NCBI RefSeq assembly: GCF_006345805.1
Contig: NC_043005.1
Coordinates: 40,424,001-40,488,000, forward strand
Length of the DNA: 64,000 nucleotides
Source: Octopus sinensis
Lineage: Eukaryota
Reading direction: 5' to 3'
In this document: piece after piece, positions 52,925 through 64,000 of the stretch
Layout: each line of letters starts with the position of its first letter
Position numbering within the stretch: position 1 is the stretch's first letter
The notes under the pieces: generated by a model
What the model was told of the DNA's origin: nothing
The model's database searches: none
Seen by the model: only the letters and a program-made list of their open reading frames with translations
Made by a program: the position numbers and the translations under genes

Positions 52925-53772
52925 GTTATTTAATAACAGTTTTATACAGCTCTATGCAACTTAAAGTTTAGTAGGCTCGTAAAATGAAACTAGCTCTTCT
53001 GGCATAGGTAACCGAATGGAATAAGTTCAAGATGACTATGGAAGATTGGACTGCTATTGGTCAAGACAAGACATATGGTACTGTTAGTATTCATCCTGTA
53101 GCGACATCCGATACATACACAAAATTCCTTTACTAAGACTGCATAGTTTGGTAGGATGTTGGTGGTGTCTCACTGTTGAGGGGGCGAAGAGAGAATTTAT
53201 TAGCGACGCCAGTTGCCGAAGTGTGTGTGTGTGTGTGTGGAGGGGGTATACGAGCTGTATGAGAGCATGAGTGTGCGTGTGAATTTACTGCGTGCGTGTG
53301 ATTGCTGTGTGTGTGTGTACGTGTGTGCATGTATGTGTTATGCTTCAGCTCGTTGTTGGGTATGTAGCTGTGTGCTTGGTTGTGTGTATCTGGTGTGTGT
53401 GTACGTTTGCTGACTTTATAAACAAGAACCAAACACTCTTGTTAGATTCATTAAATCGGGTAGTTTAGACTGAGGAGACACAATAAGGTCGAAACGTCGG
53501 GTCCCAAAGTTATCTTACCCTAATGAATCGTGTGTATTATATAGACACACACTCGTCTCAAACGGCGATTAGCAAATTCCTGATCGAATCTGCCGAAACG
53601 TATTAAGAATGAGAATGTATGTCATCGTAATAAGTTGTGAAGTCTAACTAAACACATGTAAGGGTTTTTTTCGGTAAACGTTTCACTATTTTTTTTTATT
53701 TATATGTGTGTGTGCATGTGTGTCTAAATGCTCATACATACACACACTCACACACACACATATATACATAGA

Positions 53773-53847
<75 letters not shown>

Positions 53848-53862
53848 TTATATAATACATAT

Positions 53863-53902
<40 letters not shown>

Positions 53903-53993
53903 ATATATATATAATATATATATATGTATTTAATATATATATATATATATAATTATATATACGTATATATATATGTATGTATATATATATGTA

Positions 53994-54075
<82 letters not shown>

Positions 54076-54294
54076 TGCATAACAGTTTGTGTGAAATATG
54101 TGTAAGTATAGCTATATATAGATGTCTATTTATTCTGCTTCTCTCTGTGTTTTTTTTACTCTCTGTTTTCCATTCATCAAGCGAAGTCAATCGAAGATGC
54201 TGGCTGCAATCTACGTTGTACCCTACTTCTCCAAGTGTCTGGCCCCACTTCAAAGTCTCATATTGATTCACTTGGCATTGGTTTCTCAACGAGC

Positions 54295-54976
54295 TGTTGT
54301 TGTTGTTGTTGTTGGCAGTAGTGTTGGTAATGGCGTTGTTGTTGTTATTGTTGTTATTGTTGTTGTTGTTGATGTTGTTGTTGGCGATGGTGGTTCGTAT
54401 GGCGGTCGTAGATGTCAGGGAAGGTCCTAAAGGTAATTATAAATATTGATAGCGTTGTGTTTTTGTTTTTTTATTTTTGTTCTTGTTTTTGTTTCTCAGT
54501 CTTCTCTCATTATCATCATCGTTATCATCATGGACATCATCATTATCATCATCATCACCACCGTCATCATCTTCATCGTCACCATCATGGTCATCATCAT
54601 CATCATGGACATCATCGTCGTCATCATCATCATCATCATCCTCATCGTTGACGTTGTCATCGGTTTCCTCCTCTTCACTTTCCATCTCCTCCATCTCCAC
54701 CTCCTCGTCCACCAGCTCCACTTCCTCTCCCTCCTCCTCCTCCTCCCGCCCCCACTCCCCACTCCCCTCCTCCTTCCCCCACCTCTTTTCCTCCACCTCT
54801 TTTTCCTCCACCTCTTCCTCCACCACCTCTTCATCCACCACCTCTTCTTCCACCTCCTCCTCCTTGTCGTCGTCATCATCATCATCATCATCGTCGTCGT
54901 CGCCGTCGCCATCATCATCATCATCATCGTCGTCGCCGTCGTCGTCGTCATCATCATCATCATCATCATCATCATC

Positions 54977-55018
<42 letters not shown>

Positions 55019-55100
55019 CCCCCACCATCATCGACTACAGCAACAGCAGCAGCATCGTTATTGTTAGATCTTGTTAGGAATGGCGGCGGCGGTGGTGGTT
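54295..55100. repeat. Mosaic trinucleotide low-complexity tract (GTT, CAT, CCT/CCA, CGT, CAG)
   Basis: Successive degenerate triplet arrays, open in several frames on both strands. Confidence 0.9.
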
Positions 55101-55301
55101 GCGGTGTTGTAAGTGATGAGGATTTTGTTGATGGAAACGGTTTTTATGGAGTTATAGATTTAAATGAAATTTAAGAACTGACAGCCTTGAGATATTTTGG
55201 GTGTGCGTGAAAGTGTTATGTGTGCGTGTGTCTGTGTGTGTTTGTGTGTGTTTGTGTGTGATGTGTGATGTGTATATATCTGTGCGTATGATGTATGTGG
55301 C

Positions 55302-55346
<45 letters not shown>

Positions 55347-55447
55347 CGGAGTATGTGAATGGTTGCATAGTGCAACAATGCCGTGCATAGTAGTGTGGTG
55401 TAGTGCAGTATAATCTAGCAAAGCTAAATTTTTATATATATGTAGCA

Positions 55448-55847
55448 TAGGCACAGGTGTGGCTGTGTGTGGTAAGAAGCTCGCTTCTCAATCACATACT
55501 TCCGGGTTCAACCCCCCTGCGTGGAACCTTGAAGAAGTGTCTTCTACTATAACCTCGCGTCGACCAAAGCCTTGTAAGTGAATTTGGTAAACAGAAACTG
55601 AAAGAAGACCGTCATATACGAGGGGGTGTTAAAAAGTTCCTGGCTTTGGGAAAAGGAAAATACAAGAGGAACTGTTAATTATGATTACAGGCAATACATT
55701 TCCCTCTCAGACTCACACATTGCGGCGATCCTTCAGTTTTTCTAAGCCTTGTGAAAGAATTAAGAAAGTTGGGTCTCCAGCCAAGCCTTTCGCGACACCC
55801 TTAATGTCAGGGACTTTTCAGCACCCCTTCGTGTGTGTGTGTGTGTG

Positions 55848-55880
<33 letters not shown>

Positions 55881-56096
55881 TGTTTGTTTGTCTTTGAGTC
55901 TGCGTTTGACCTCCCCGCCACCGCTTGACAACCGGTGTTGGTGTGTTTACGTCCCCGTAACTAAACGGAAAAAAAAGAGTCCGATAGAATAAGTACCAGG
56001 CTTAAAAAAATACGAAGTACTGAGGTCAATTCATTCGACTAAAATTCCTTAGGGCAGTGCCCCAGCATGGCTGCAGTTCAATGACGGAAACAAGAA
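55448..56096 (+). mobile_element. SINE family 1 with nested mariner MITE
   Basis: The head runs 55448-55616 and the tail ~55880-56096 (ccccagcatggctgcagt...aaacaag). Confidence 0.8.
55619..55831. mobile_element. Mariner-type MITE (213 bp)
   Basis: TA|cgagggggtgttaaaaagttcctggc ... gtcagggacttttcagcaccccttcg|TG; imperfect ~26-bp TIRs. Confidence 0.8.
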
Positions 56097-56527
56097 CTAG
56101 TTTATAAAAATATGTTACTCAATCCTCATGTATTTATTGCATTCCCCCCAATCTCCCGACCAAGATGAAATATCTTGTTCGATGAGACGGATTTTGATCA
56201 GGACGAGGAATTTGAAAGAATTTTGGTTTTGTACAAATACCATAATTTCTTTCGAATTATAATTTCATTTGATCTTGTGCTCACGTGTTTATATACCGTA
56301 AAACAGCATAAAAACGTTTTTTTCTTTTTTCAGAGATGAAGATTGAAATTAAGGGTTGAAATAATATATGGCATTAAGATACAAAGGTTTTTTTCCCTCT
56401 CACCCAATTTATTCGAGAAAAAGATCAATAATGCAATAAAGCATGATTTTTAGATTATTTTATCATTATATATTTATATTATTTATATTTATCATTTATA
56501 TTACTATTAATATTATATTAAAAATAT

Positions 56528-56605
56528 TATAATTTATGATGCATTTATGTTATAATATATATATATATATATAATATGTATGTATATAATATGTTGTATG
56601 TTATG

Positions 56606-56685
<80 letters not shown>

Positions 56686-56857
56686 CATAAACATACATAC
56701 ATATATATACATACATAATATATATATATATATAATATATATATCTATAATATATATATACATAAATGCATCATAAATTCATAATATATATATATATATA
56801 TATATAATATATATATATATATCTATATGTATGTATATATATGTATGTATGTTTATG

Positions 56858-56936
<79 letters not shown>

Positions 56937-57026
56937 CATAAACATACATACATATATATACTACATATATATATATATATATATATAATATATATATATT
57001 ATATCTATAACATAAATGCATCATAA

Positions 57027-57032
<6 letters not shown>
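56528..57032. repeat. Palindromic AT-rich repeat region
   Basis: A perfect 27-bp IR (tataatttatgatgcatttatgttata) at 56528-56554 / 57006-57032, a third partial copy at 56760-56779, and mirrored (TA)/(TATG) blocks inside. Confidence 0.8.
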
Positions 57033-57097
<65 letters not shown>

Positions 57098-57366
57098 AAA
57101 ACCTATTATATTGGATAAGAGTAGAGTGTATACTCTTGTAACAACAGTGTATGCATTAGTGCTTGTTTTAAGTCTATAGGTCTTGAGACTATATAGCCCC
57201 CAAACCGAGCGGACTTTTATATATAATATCACACATGAAATGTGTATATATTCTTCAAATTGAAGGCCAGCGTAACCTCAATCTCATGACCATTAAGTAA
57301 AGGAATATATATATATATAATACACACACAATATATATATACAGACATAAATACACACACACACAA

Positions 57367-57436
<70 letters not shown>

Positions 57437-57848
57437 AATGTGTATATGGGCGGTTAATTCGCAATTTTACAACCTAAAGGCAGAAATATATATGCCACTA
57501 AAGTGAACAAAGGGCAATGTATCTGTATGTATGTATGTATGTATGTCCTTTATCTTTTACTTGTTTCTCTCATTATATTGAGGCCACGTTGGGGGCAGCA
57601 CATTCAAGAATTTTTCGTCAAATGAATCGACACCAATATTTTTTCTTTATAAAGACTGGTACTTATTCTGCCCGCCTGTTTTACCGAAACGCTAAGTTAC
57701 GGGGATGGAAAAACACCAACACCGGTTGTGAAGCGGTGGTGTGGGAAAAGCACAGACACAAAGACACACACGCATACGCACACACACGCACACAAATATG
57801 ACAGAAACAAAAGGTAAAAATAATAAATACCCCCCCCACACACACACA

Positions 57849-57947
<99 letters not shown>

Positions 57948-58088
57948 TATTATATATATATATATACAAATTTTGGGGATGTAATTCCCTTGTAAGGGGT
58001 TGTTAATAAAAATCCAGTTGCCAACTGGCTTTATCAAATATATTGAAAGAAAGTTCTTCAATATATGAGTATAGACAGTCTAATAAAT

Positions 58089-58624
58089 TATAAAGTAAAT
58101 GAAAGAAAATGGAGAAGAAAACTATGATACTTAGTTCCTTTTATTTGTATCATGATGGAAAAGTAATACGAAATAAAAGTGATGCATATAAGAATAGGGA
58201 TAAAAGAAACCGGATCAACAAATCAACCAAAATATATCCGAAAAAATCTTACACATGCTTCAATCCGACAATATGTTTGAATCATCAACATTCAAACTAT
58301 TATAGAAGTAAAAAAAAACATATATTGTTGGGTATCTTCAAGGAAAAGTAAGTGCATTTTCCCTGAAGATACCCAACAATATATGTTGTTTTTTTTTTTC
58401 ATCTATAATCGTTTGAATGTTGATGATTCAAACATACTATCGGATTGAAACATGTGTAGGATTTTTTCGGTTATTTTTGGGTTGTTTTGTTGATCCGGTT
58501 TCTTTTATCCCTATTTTCATATGTATCACTTTTACTTTGCATTACTTTTCCATCGTGATACAAATAAAAGGAACCAAGTATCTATTATATTTTTCCTTCG
58601 CCATTTTCTTTTATTAACTTTATA
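58089..58624. repeat. Fold-back palindrome, ~260-bp arms, 9-nt loop, hammerhead-like core in right arm
   Basis: Arms are 58089-58347 and 58357-58624, with loop gtaagtgca. The right arm has tcc CTGAAGA-[77 nt]-GAAAC ATGT GTA gga. Confidence 0.9.
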
Positions 58625-60076
58625 TATATACATTCGTTAGCTTACTTTCTTTTTAAACTCTTTGAAGTCGGTAAAAAAAAAAAGTACAGGTAATACAATG
58701 ATTTATAACGTTGGCACAAAGCCAGAGATTTTGTCAGAAAGAACAATAAATTAAGCCCAGCTGTAGACTGATACTTCATTTTATCTACCCTGAAAGAGTG
58801 AAAGACAAATTCAACCTCGGCAGGATTTGAATTCAGTTATAACTATTCCGATGCTCAAAGTACAGATAATATAGCCTCTCTACTATAGGCACAATCCTTG
58901 AAATATTGCAGAAGGGGACTAGTCGATTTCATTGATCTCAGTATTCAATTTATTGACCCCGAAAGGCAAAGCCGTCCTCGGCAGCATGTGTACTCAGAAC
59001 GAAAAAAGAAGCGAAATGTTGCTAAGAGTTCAAGCCGGGTCAATCCTGTCTGCATGTATCTAAGACTATATTGTTCAATGTGCTCTTTCTTTGCTTTTGT
59101 TTCTCTTTGTAGTTTTTAAGATTATTTGTTGTGATTTGAGAGAGTTTTGGCTGTTATTTCTAGTAGATAGAATGACCGCGAAAGGGCACTTTCAATGAGC
59201 CTTTTGTTCGTTTGTTTACATGTGAATATATGTGTGTGTATAAGCTCCTGGGGAATTATGTAAGAGTCCAATTAAAAGAAATATTCTTTAAGAATTCCTT
59301 AATCCTCATGAAATTAAATTAAAACCCTGAAGGTAACGAGGAAGACTTATCGCCTTCACCACACCACACCACCACCACCACCACCATCACCACTACCATC
59401 ACCACTACCACCACCACCACCACCACCACCACCACCACAACACCACCACCACCAAAAACCACCACCACCACCACCAAAAACCACCACCACCACCAGTAAC
59501 AACAACAGCAATACGACATTCTCTTACACCTCGCCACTTTATCTTTGTTTCAAAGTTTCTTTTCAACTTGTTTAAAATGTTTTTCTCCTTTATCTCATAT
59601 TTCATATTTCTAAGCAAAAACAACAACAACAACAATAACAACAACAAACAAATAAACAAACAAACAAAAAAACAAACAAATAATGCACTTCTGTAAAATA
59701 ATTAAGTAAATCAAATAAAATCAAATAATATATTAGGGGAAAATTCTTAAATGTTTAACAAATAAATATAACTAAGTAGGTTAAGGCTTGAAAAATCGCA
59801 AACAACATTTGTAAAATTCTTAGTAAATTCTTCTCTTCCTAATCGAAACATGCTGTACTTTATTTAATATTCTTTATCTTTTCTTCTTTCTACATTTCCT
59901 TTTCTTCCACAGTTCCAAGTTCTGGCGTGGATGGCGGAAACGAGTTCTTTGATAACATCCATAAACATATTTCTGTGTCGCAAAAGCTCACTGATTGCAG
60001 AAAGCTGTTTTTTTTATTGATATGTGTATTGGACAACTCATTATTACACACAGACACACAGACACACTGACACACA

Positions 60077-60126
<50 letters not shown>

Positions 60127-60613
60127 TATACTTACTACTAACACTATAGAAATATCTTCTATAAATCGATATTTTTTCTTATAAATAATGACTGCCAATG
60201 TTCACCGTGCTCTAAGAAGGGTTTTCTTTTATATATATAAAAGGCAATCAAAAGAGAGGTGCTCATGGCCTTTGCAGGCACCCAGCTGTGTAGATTAATG
60301 TGATTGAGGTTCACATTGAATATCTGTGAGATGATGTTTTCAGGATATACTTCGAGGAGATATTCCAGATTACTGCTCATCTGGAGCGCATTTAATACAG
60401 GAACTGAAAATAAGACGGGTGGAGGAGAAACGATTTTTCTATCAGGTAGACCAACAGGGAAAAGTTGATCATGCAATCCAGTGAAGATACAAATAAATGC
60501 AGTGAAGACAGAAGACGTAAAGAAAAGAGGGAGAGAGCAAAAGATATATAGATAGGTAGAGAGTAGGTAAATATATACATTCCTCTCTCTCTCTCTCCCT
60601 CTCTATCTCTCTC

Positions 60614-60693
<80 letters not shown>

Positions 60694-62225
60694 ATATTTG
60701 CCAAATAGTTATTGAAATATGTATGTTTTAGGAATATAAGTAAAATCACTGTAAGAACCGATAACAACAAAAAAAAATTGACGATAACTTACAGTATTAA
60801 GTTCATATTCTATTTTGACATTGAAAAAGCGTATTCCTTCCTCGAAATAATACATAAAACTCGTCCCCCGTTGACCAATATGTTTACAGATCAAATACTG
60901 CAACCATTTCTTTAAGTTATCGCATCGTAAGTGTACGGTTTGATCAAATAGCGAAAAGGTCACTTTCAACGATTTTATTTGTAATTATATGCCAATTACT
61001 TGCTGGTTCAAACGCATTTACAATTCTTTTCAAACAGAAAGCGAAAAAAAAAAAAAAAATGAAAAGAAAGAAAAAAAAATCAACATATATTTTAATTCCT
61101 CTTTCACCTATTTTCTTTCAAAATATAACACAAATTTATTAGATCTGGTGCAAATCATTCATTTTACAAGGAACATCTCTTCAACACTGATCGATATGCT
61201 TGCTTTCTAAAGTAGCAAGATTAAACAGGAATCGTAGAGGGTGATCGAAGACGCTATAAAAATCAAAGAGAATTTATCAGGCAAGTAATTAATTTCCAAC
61301 CAAGATAATACAAAATAACGTAGCTGTAAGTGAAAGCAAATGCTTTCCTAAGGTTTCTCTTGAACCGATTATATATATGCGGGTGTGTGTACATAGATAA
61401 GTGTGTATGTATGCATACGTATACTAATATATCTGTTGTTAACTATTTTTTGATCAGCAGTTGGCCCCAAACTCTCAGTCCTATGATAAATGTTTATACT
61501 CAACATTTTGTATTGAATACGTATTCCTCCCGAAATGGGCATATGTTTGAGCGTGTACACATACGCGTGCACACACACACACTCAAACGCTCACACATAT
61601 ACAGAATTTCTTCATCACTTTATATATAGCAGGAAATAATGTAAATAATCTTCCTGGTTTGAATACAATACTTTAGTCAGCCACGTAATTAATTAGTTTA
61701 TAAAATCTGGCCGACTAAGTTATTACATATATCAATCAGGAATGCTATTAATATTATAACATCCTGGTGAACTACTGTGATATATGGTGATTTGAATTAA
61801 TAGCTTTCTGGGTTACCAAAGACAAAGAATAAAAGGACAACTATCTCCGTAATAGATCTGTAAAAGGATTCCAAATATCATTCTGTTTCCTTCTTAGTAA
61901 ACAGAAAATAATTCACACTGTCTGCTATCCCTGCAGCTAAGGCTTTCAAATAAATGACTGATTTATCTAACATATATTTCTCTGAGTAATCACCAATTAA
62001 AGATATGATTTTCTCAATTCTTGTTGATGTTATATATTCCGGATTATTTGAAATTGTTCCAAGTGATGTTTGGATTTATTTATCATACACGAAGAATTAA
62101 CTTCGATGTTAATTCTATTTGAATTTATTAGTATCTGATTGTTTGATATAGTTAACCAAATTCATCTAAATCCGAGTGTTTTAGTGATATCTACCCGAAT
62201 TTTATTTAATCCCTTGCACTTCTTG

Positions 62226-62307
<82 letters not shown>

Positions 62308-62319
62308 TTACAAAAACAA

Positions 62320-62480
62320 AAAAAGCAGAGGGCGAAGACAGGTGTAGGTACAACAAACAAGTGTATTAGTTTAACTCTCGGGAAGAATGGAAAAGTATTT
62401 TACGTTTCGACCCTACGCTCTTCGACTGAAAGAAATAAGAGTAGAAAATGGAGAGAGAATGAGAAAAAACGGGGAGCGAA
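62320..62480 (-). mobile_element. Short (TA)n/(TG)n-adjacent repeat with variant hammerhead-like motif
   Basis: Homologous to 38465-38650. The minus strand reads ttt CAGTCGA a GAGC gtag GGTC GAAAC GTA aaa at 62398-62431. Confidence 0.65.
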
Positions 62481-63790
62481 AACTGTGTAGAGTTCAGCAG
62501 TCCAACATAGCGGGATGAAAAGAAGTTGAATGAAAGATATATAATAAGGGTGATCCCAACGAACTAAGGTGCGCAAGCGTGTATCTGTATGTGAGAATAG
62601 TATGTGTGAGTGTGTATGTGTCAACAGAGGCGAGTGAGTCTGACGTGTGTGTATATAACGTGTGTGTGTATATATTGTCTGTGTTCAGGTATTATGTGCT
62701 TGTGTGTATGTGTGAGTATATATTGTCTGTGTTCATGTATTGTGTTCTTGTGTGGGTGTGGGAGTGTACATGTGGATGTGTAGTCTATGTACTGAGTTAA
62801 ATAGTGTGTGTAGCTGCTCGTGTAGTGGTATGTGTGGTGACGGTATTGAAGACTGTGTGTGGCTATGTGGATAATAGTGAGTAGTGTGGGTGCTGAGAAG
62901 TGATCGGTGCTAGTGTGTGTGGAGTTGAAAGATGTTGTGGGAAAGTGTTGTGTGTGTGTGTGTGTGTAATGGTGTGTGAAGTGAGTAATGAGCCGAAAAG
63001 TGTGTATGGGTGTTTGTATAGTGGTGCGTGTGTGGTGAGAGTACTGAAGTAGGCAGTATGCAGATGTGTAGGTGGAGGGGGAGCAGTTGAATTTGGGAGG
63101 TGTGTGGGAATCCTTGTGGGGTTGGTATCAGATGAAGAGAGGAAGTGAATTGTGCCCATATGCCGCAAAGGAATGAAGAGAGAAGATTAATTCCTGTTCA
63201 CGGTAGCGGTGGGAGGGAGACGGGAGGAGGAAATGAGGTAATGAATAGCGGAGGAGTGCCATTTATAATAGATAAGGAATATCTCATACTCTTGTAAAGA
63301 TTAGACACTGTGAATCGTGAGCCTCGCATCAATATCCTTGCATTCGCCGTAAACTATAACAAATGGGCATCAGCAGTTCTAACAAGAGGGCTGAATGACT
63401 ACTTCTATCCGTGAAAGCATTTAATAGTATTTCATAAGATGGAAAGATTTTTTACTACTTTTGTCTGAAAAGAACTATTCATCGTTCAGGTCTTGGACAG
63501 CTAAGCAACTTTTCTAATTTCATTCCGTGGGACAGTTGCATACCATGACCGAAGATGGTCTGAGCAGACCACGTATTATGTTACCACTTTCTGTATGCGA
63601 AAAAGCACACTCATACCGAGAGATACGCCTTTGTCTCAGCAATTACTTTGAAAATAAATGCTGTTGCGGTACTAAAATGTAACGTATTTCCAATCGAAAG
63701 ATTCTTAGATGAGGCCAAAAATATAGGTAGTTAGAGCATGTTCTACTATTTCCACAGAGAGGACTATTAAGAGGAGATAACATTGCATTT

Positions 63791-63967
63791 GTTACCTATT
63801 ATGCCTCTATGCAATCTCCAATAGAATGTGCACTCCTATTCTATGAAAATTCTAAGTTAAGCATGATGGTTAAGCATACTATGGATGTCTAGAGACAAGC
63901 TATCGAATTTCTAAATCCAGATAAAATACCAGTAACTGCATCTTACCATCATTAGTTTGTCTTGGCA
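63791..63967 (+). mobile_element. Decayed DNA-transposon ORF fragment (possibly Academ-like)
   Basis: VTYYASMQSPIECALLFYENSKLSMMVKHTMDV*RQAIEFLNPDKIPVTA resembles a widespread invertebrate transposase-like motif, AYHAS.Q...ALLPLF.E...M.KH.M.....LNP.Q.PV...DQPL. The superfamily assignment is from memory and uncertain. Confidence 0.5.
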
Positions 63968-64000
63968 GAGTACGGTAGAAATAGCCCGACACGCATGCTG

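Noticed and set aside
54412-55174. Long poly-His/Ser/Asp/Glu/Ile ORFs (up to 242 aa)
   Set aside because: They are open on both strands and in several frames because they are triplet repeats, and I see no non-repetitive coding anchor.
60344-60445. Possible 102-nt internal exon (ttttcag|...|gtagac; DILRGDIPDYCSSGAHLIQELKIRRVEEKRFFYQ)
   Set aside because: The polypyrimidine tract and donor are weak, I recognise no domain, and there are no partner exons. Another frame weakly resembles a Tc1 IW.AF...FLSGR motif. RNA-seq junctions would be needed.
61878-62075. Stop-free minus-strand frame of 65 codons
   Set aside because: It has no clear start or acceptor and no recognisable family, and its length is within chance expectation.

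Overview
AT-rich eukaryotic DNA, probably intergenic or inside a very large intron. It is crowded with (TA)n, (CA)n, (TACA)n and (TTA)n microsatellites and decayed transposable elements. The SINE families and microsatellite density look like a cephalopod (Octopus-like) genome; this is my inference, not a database result. I found no intact host gene, rRNA, true tRNA or CRISPR array. Supported contents: a processed RPS2/uS5 pseudogene (9659-10192); Tc1/mariner relics, including a near full-length DD36E element with TIRs (18248-19475); two internally deleted Helitrons with matching 3' ends; R4/Dong-type, RTE and Penelope retroelement fragments; MULE, Merlin, hAT and probable Academ-like remnants; and three tRNA-headed SINE families. 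The most interesting signal is a dispersed set of minimal type-I hammerhead-ribozyme-like motifs (CUGANGA...GAAAC..GUH). The best copies are at 23328-23390, 24150-24201, 38161-38198, 39770-39811 and 58360-58461. They sit in short (TA)n-adjacent elements and in long fold-back palindromes, two of which are centred just upstream of the core. This points to a Penelope-pLTR-derived, retrozyme-like family. A Helitron/R4-LINE chimeric junction also occurs twice in inverted orientation (about 1449-1620 and 5850-6023). All alignments, translations and folds were done by eye, so boundaries not anchored on a TIR or TSD are approximate.
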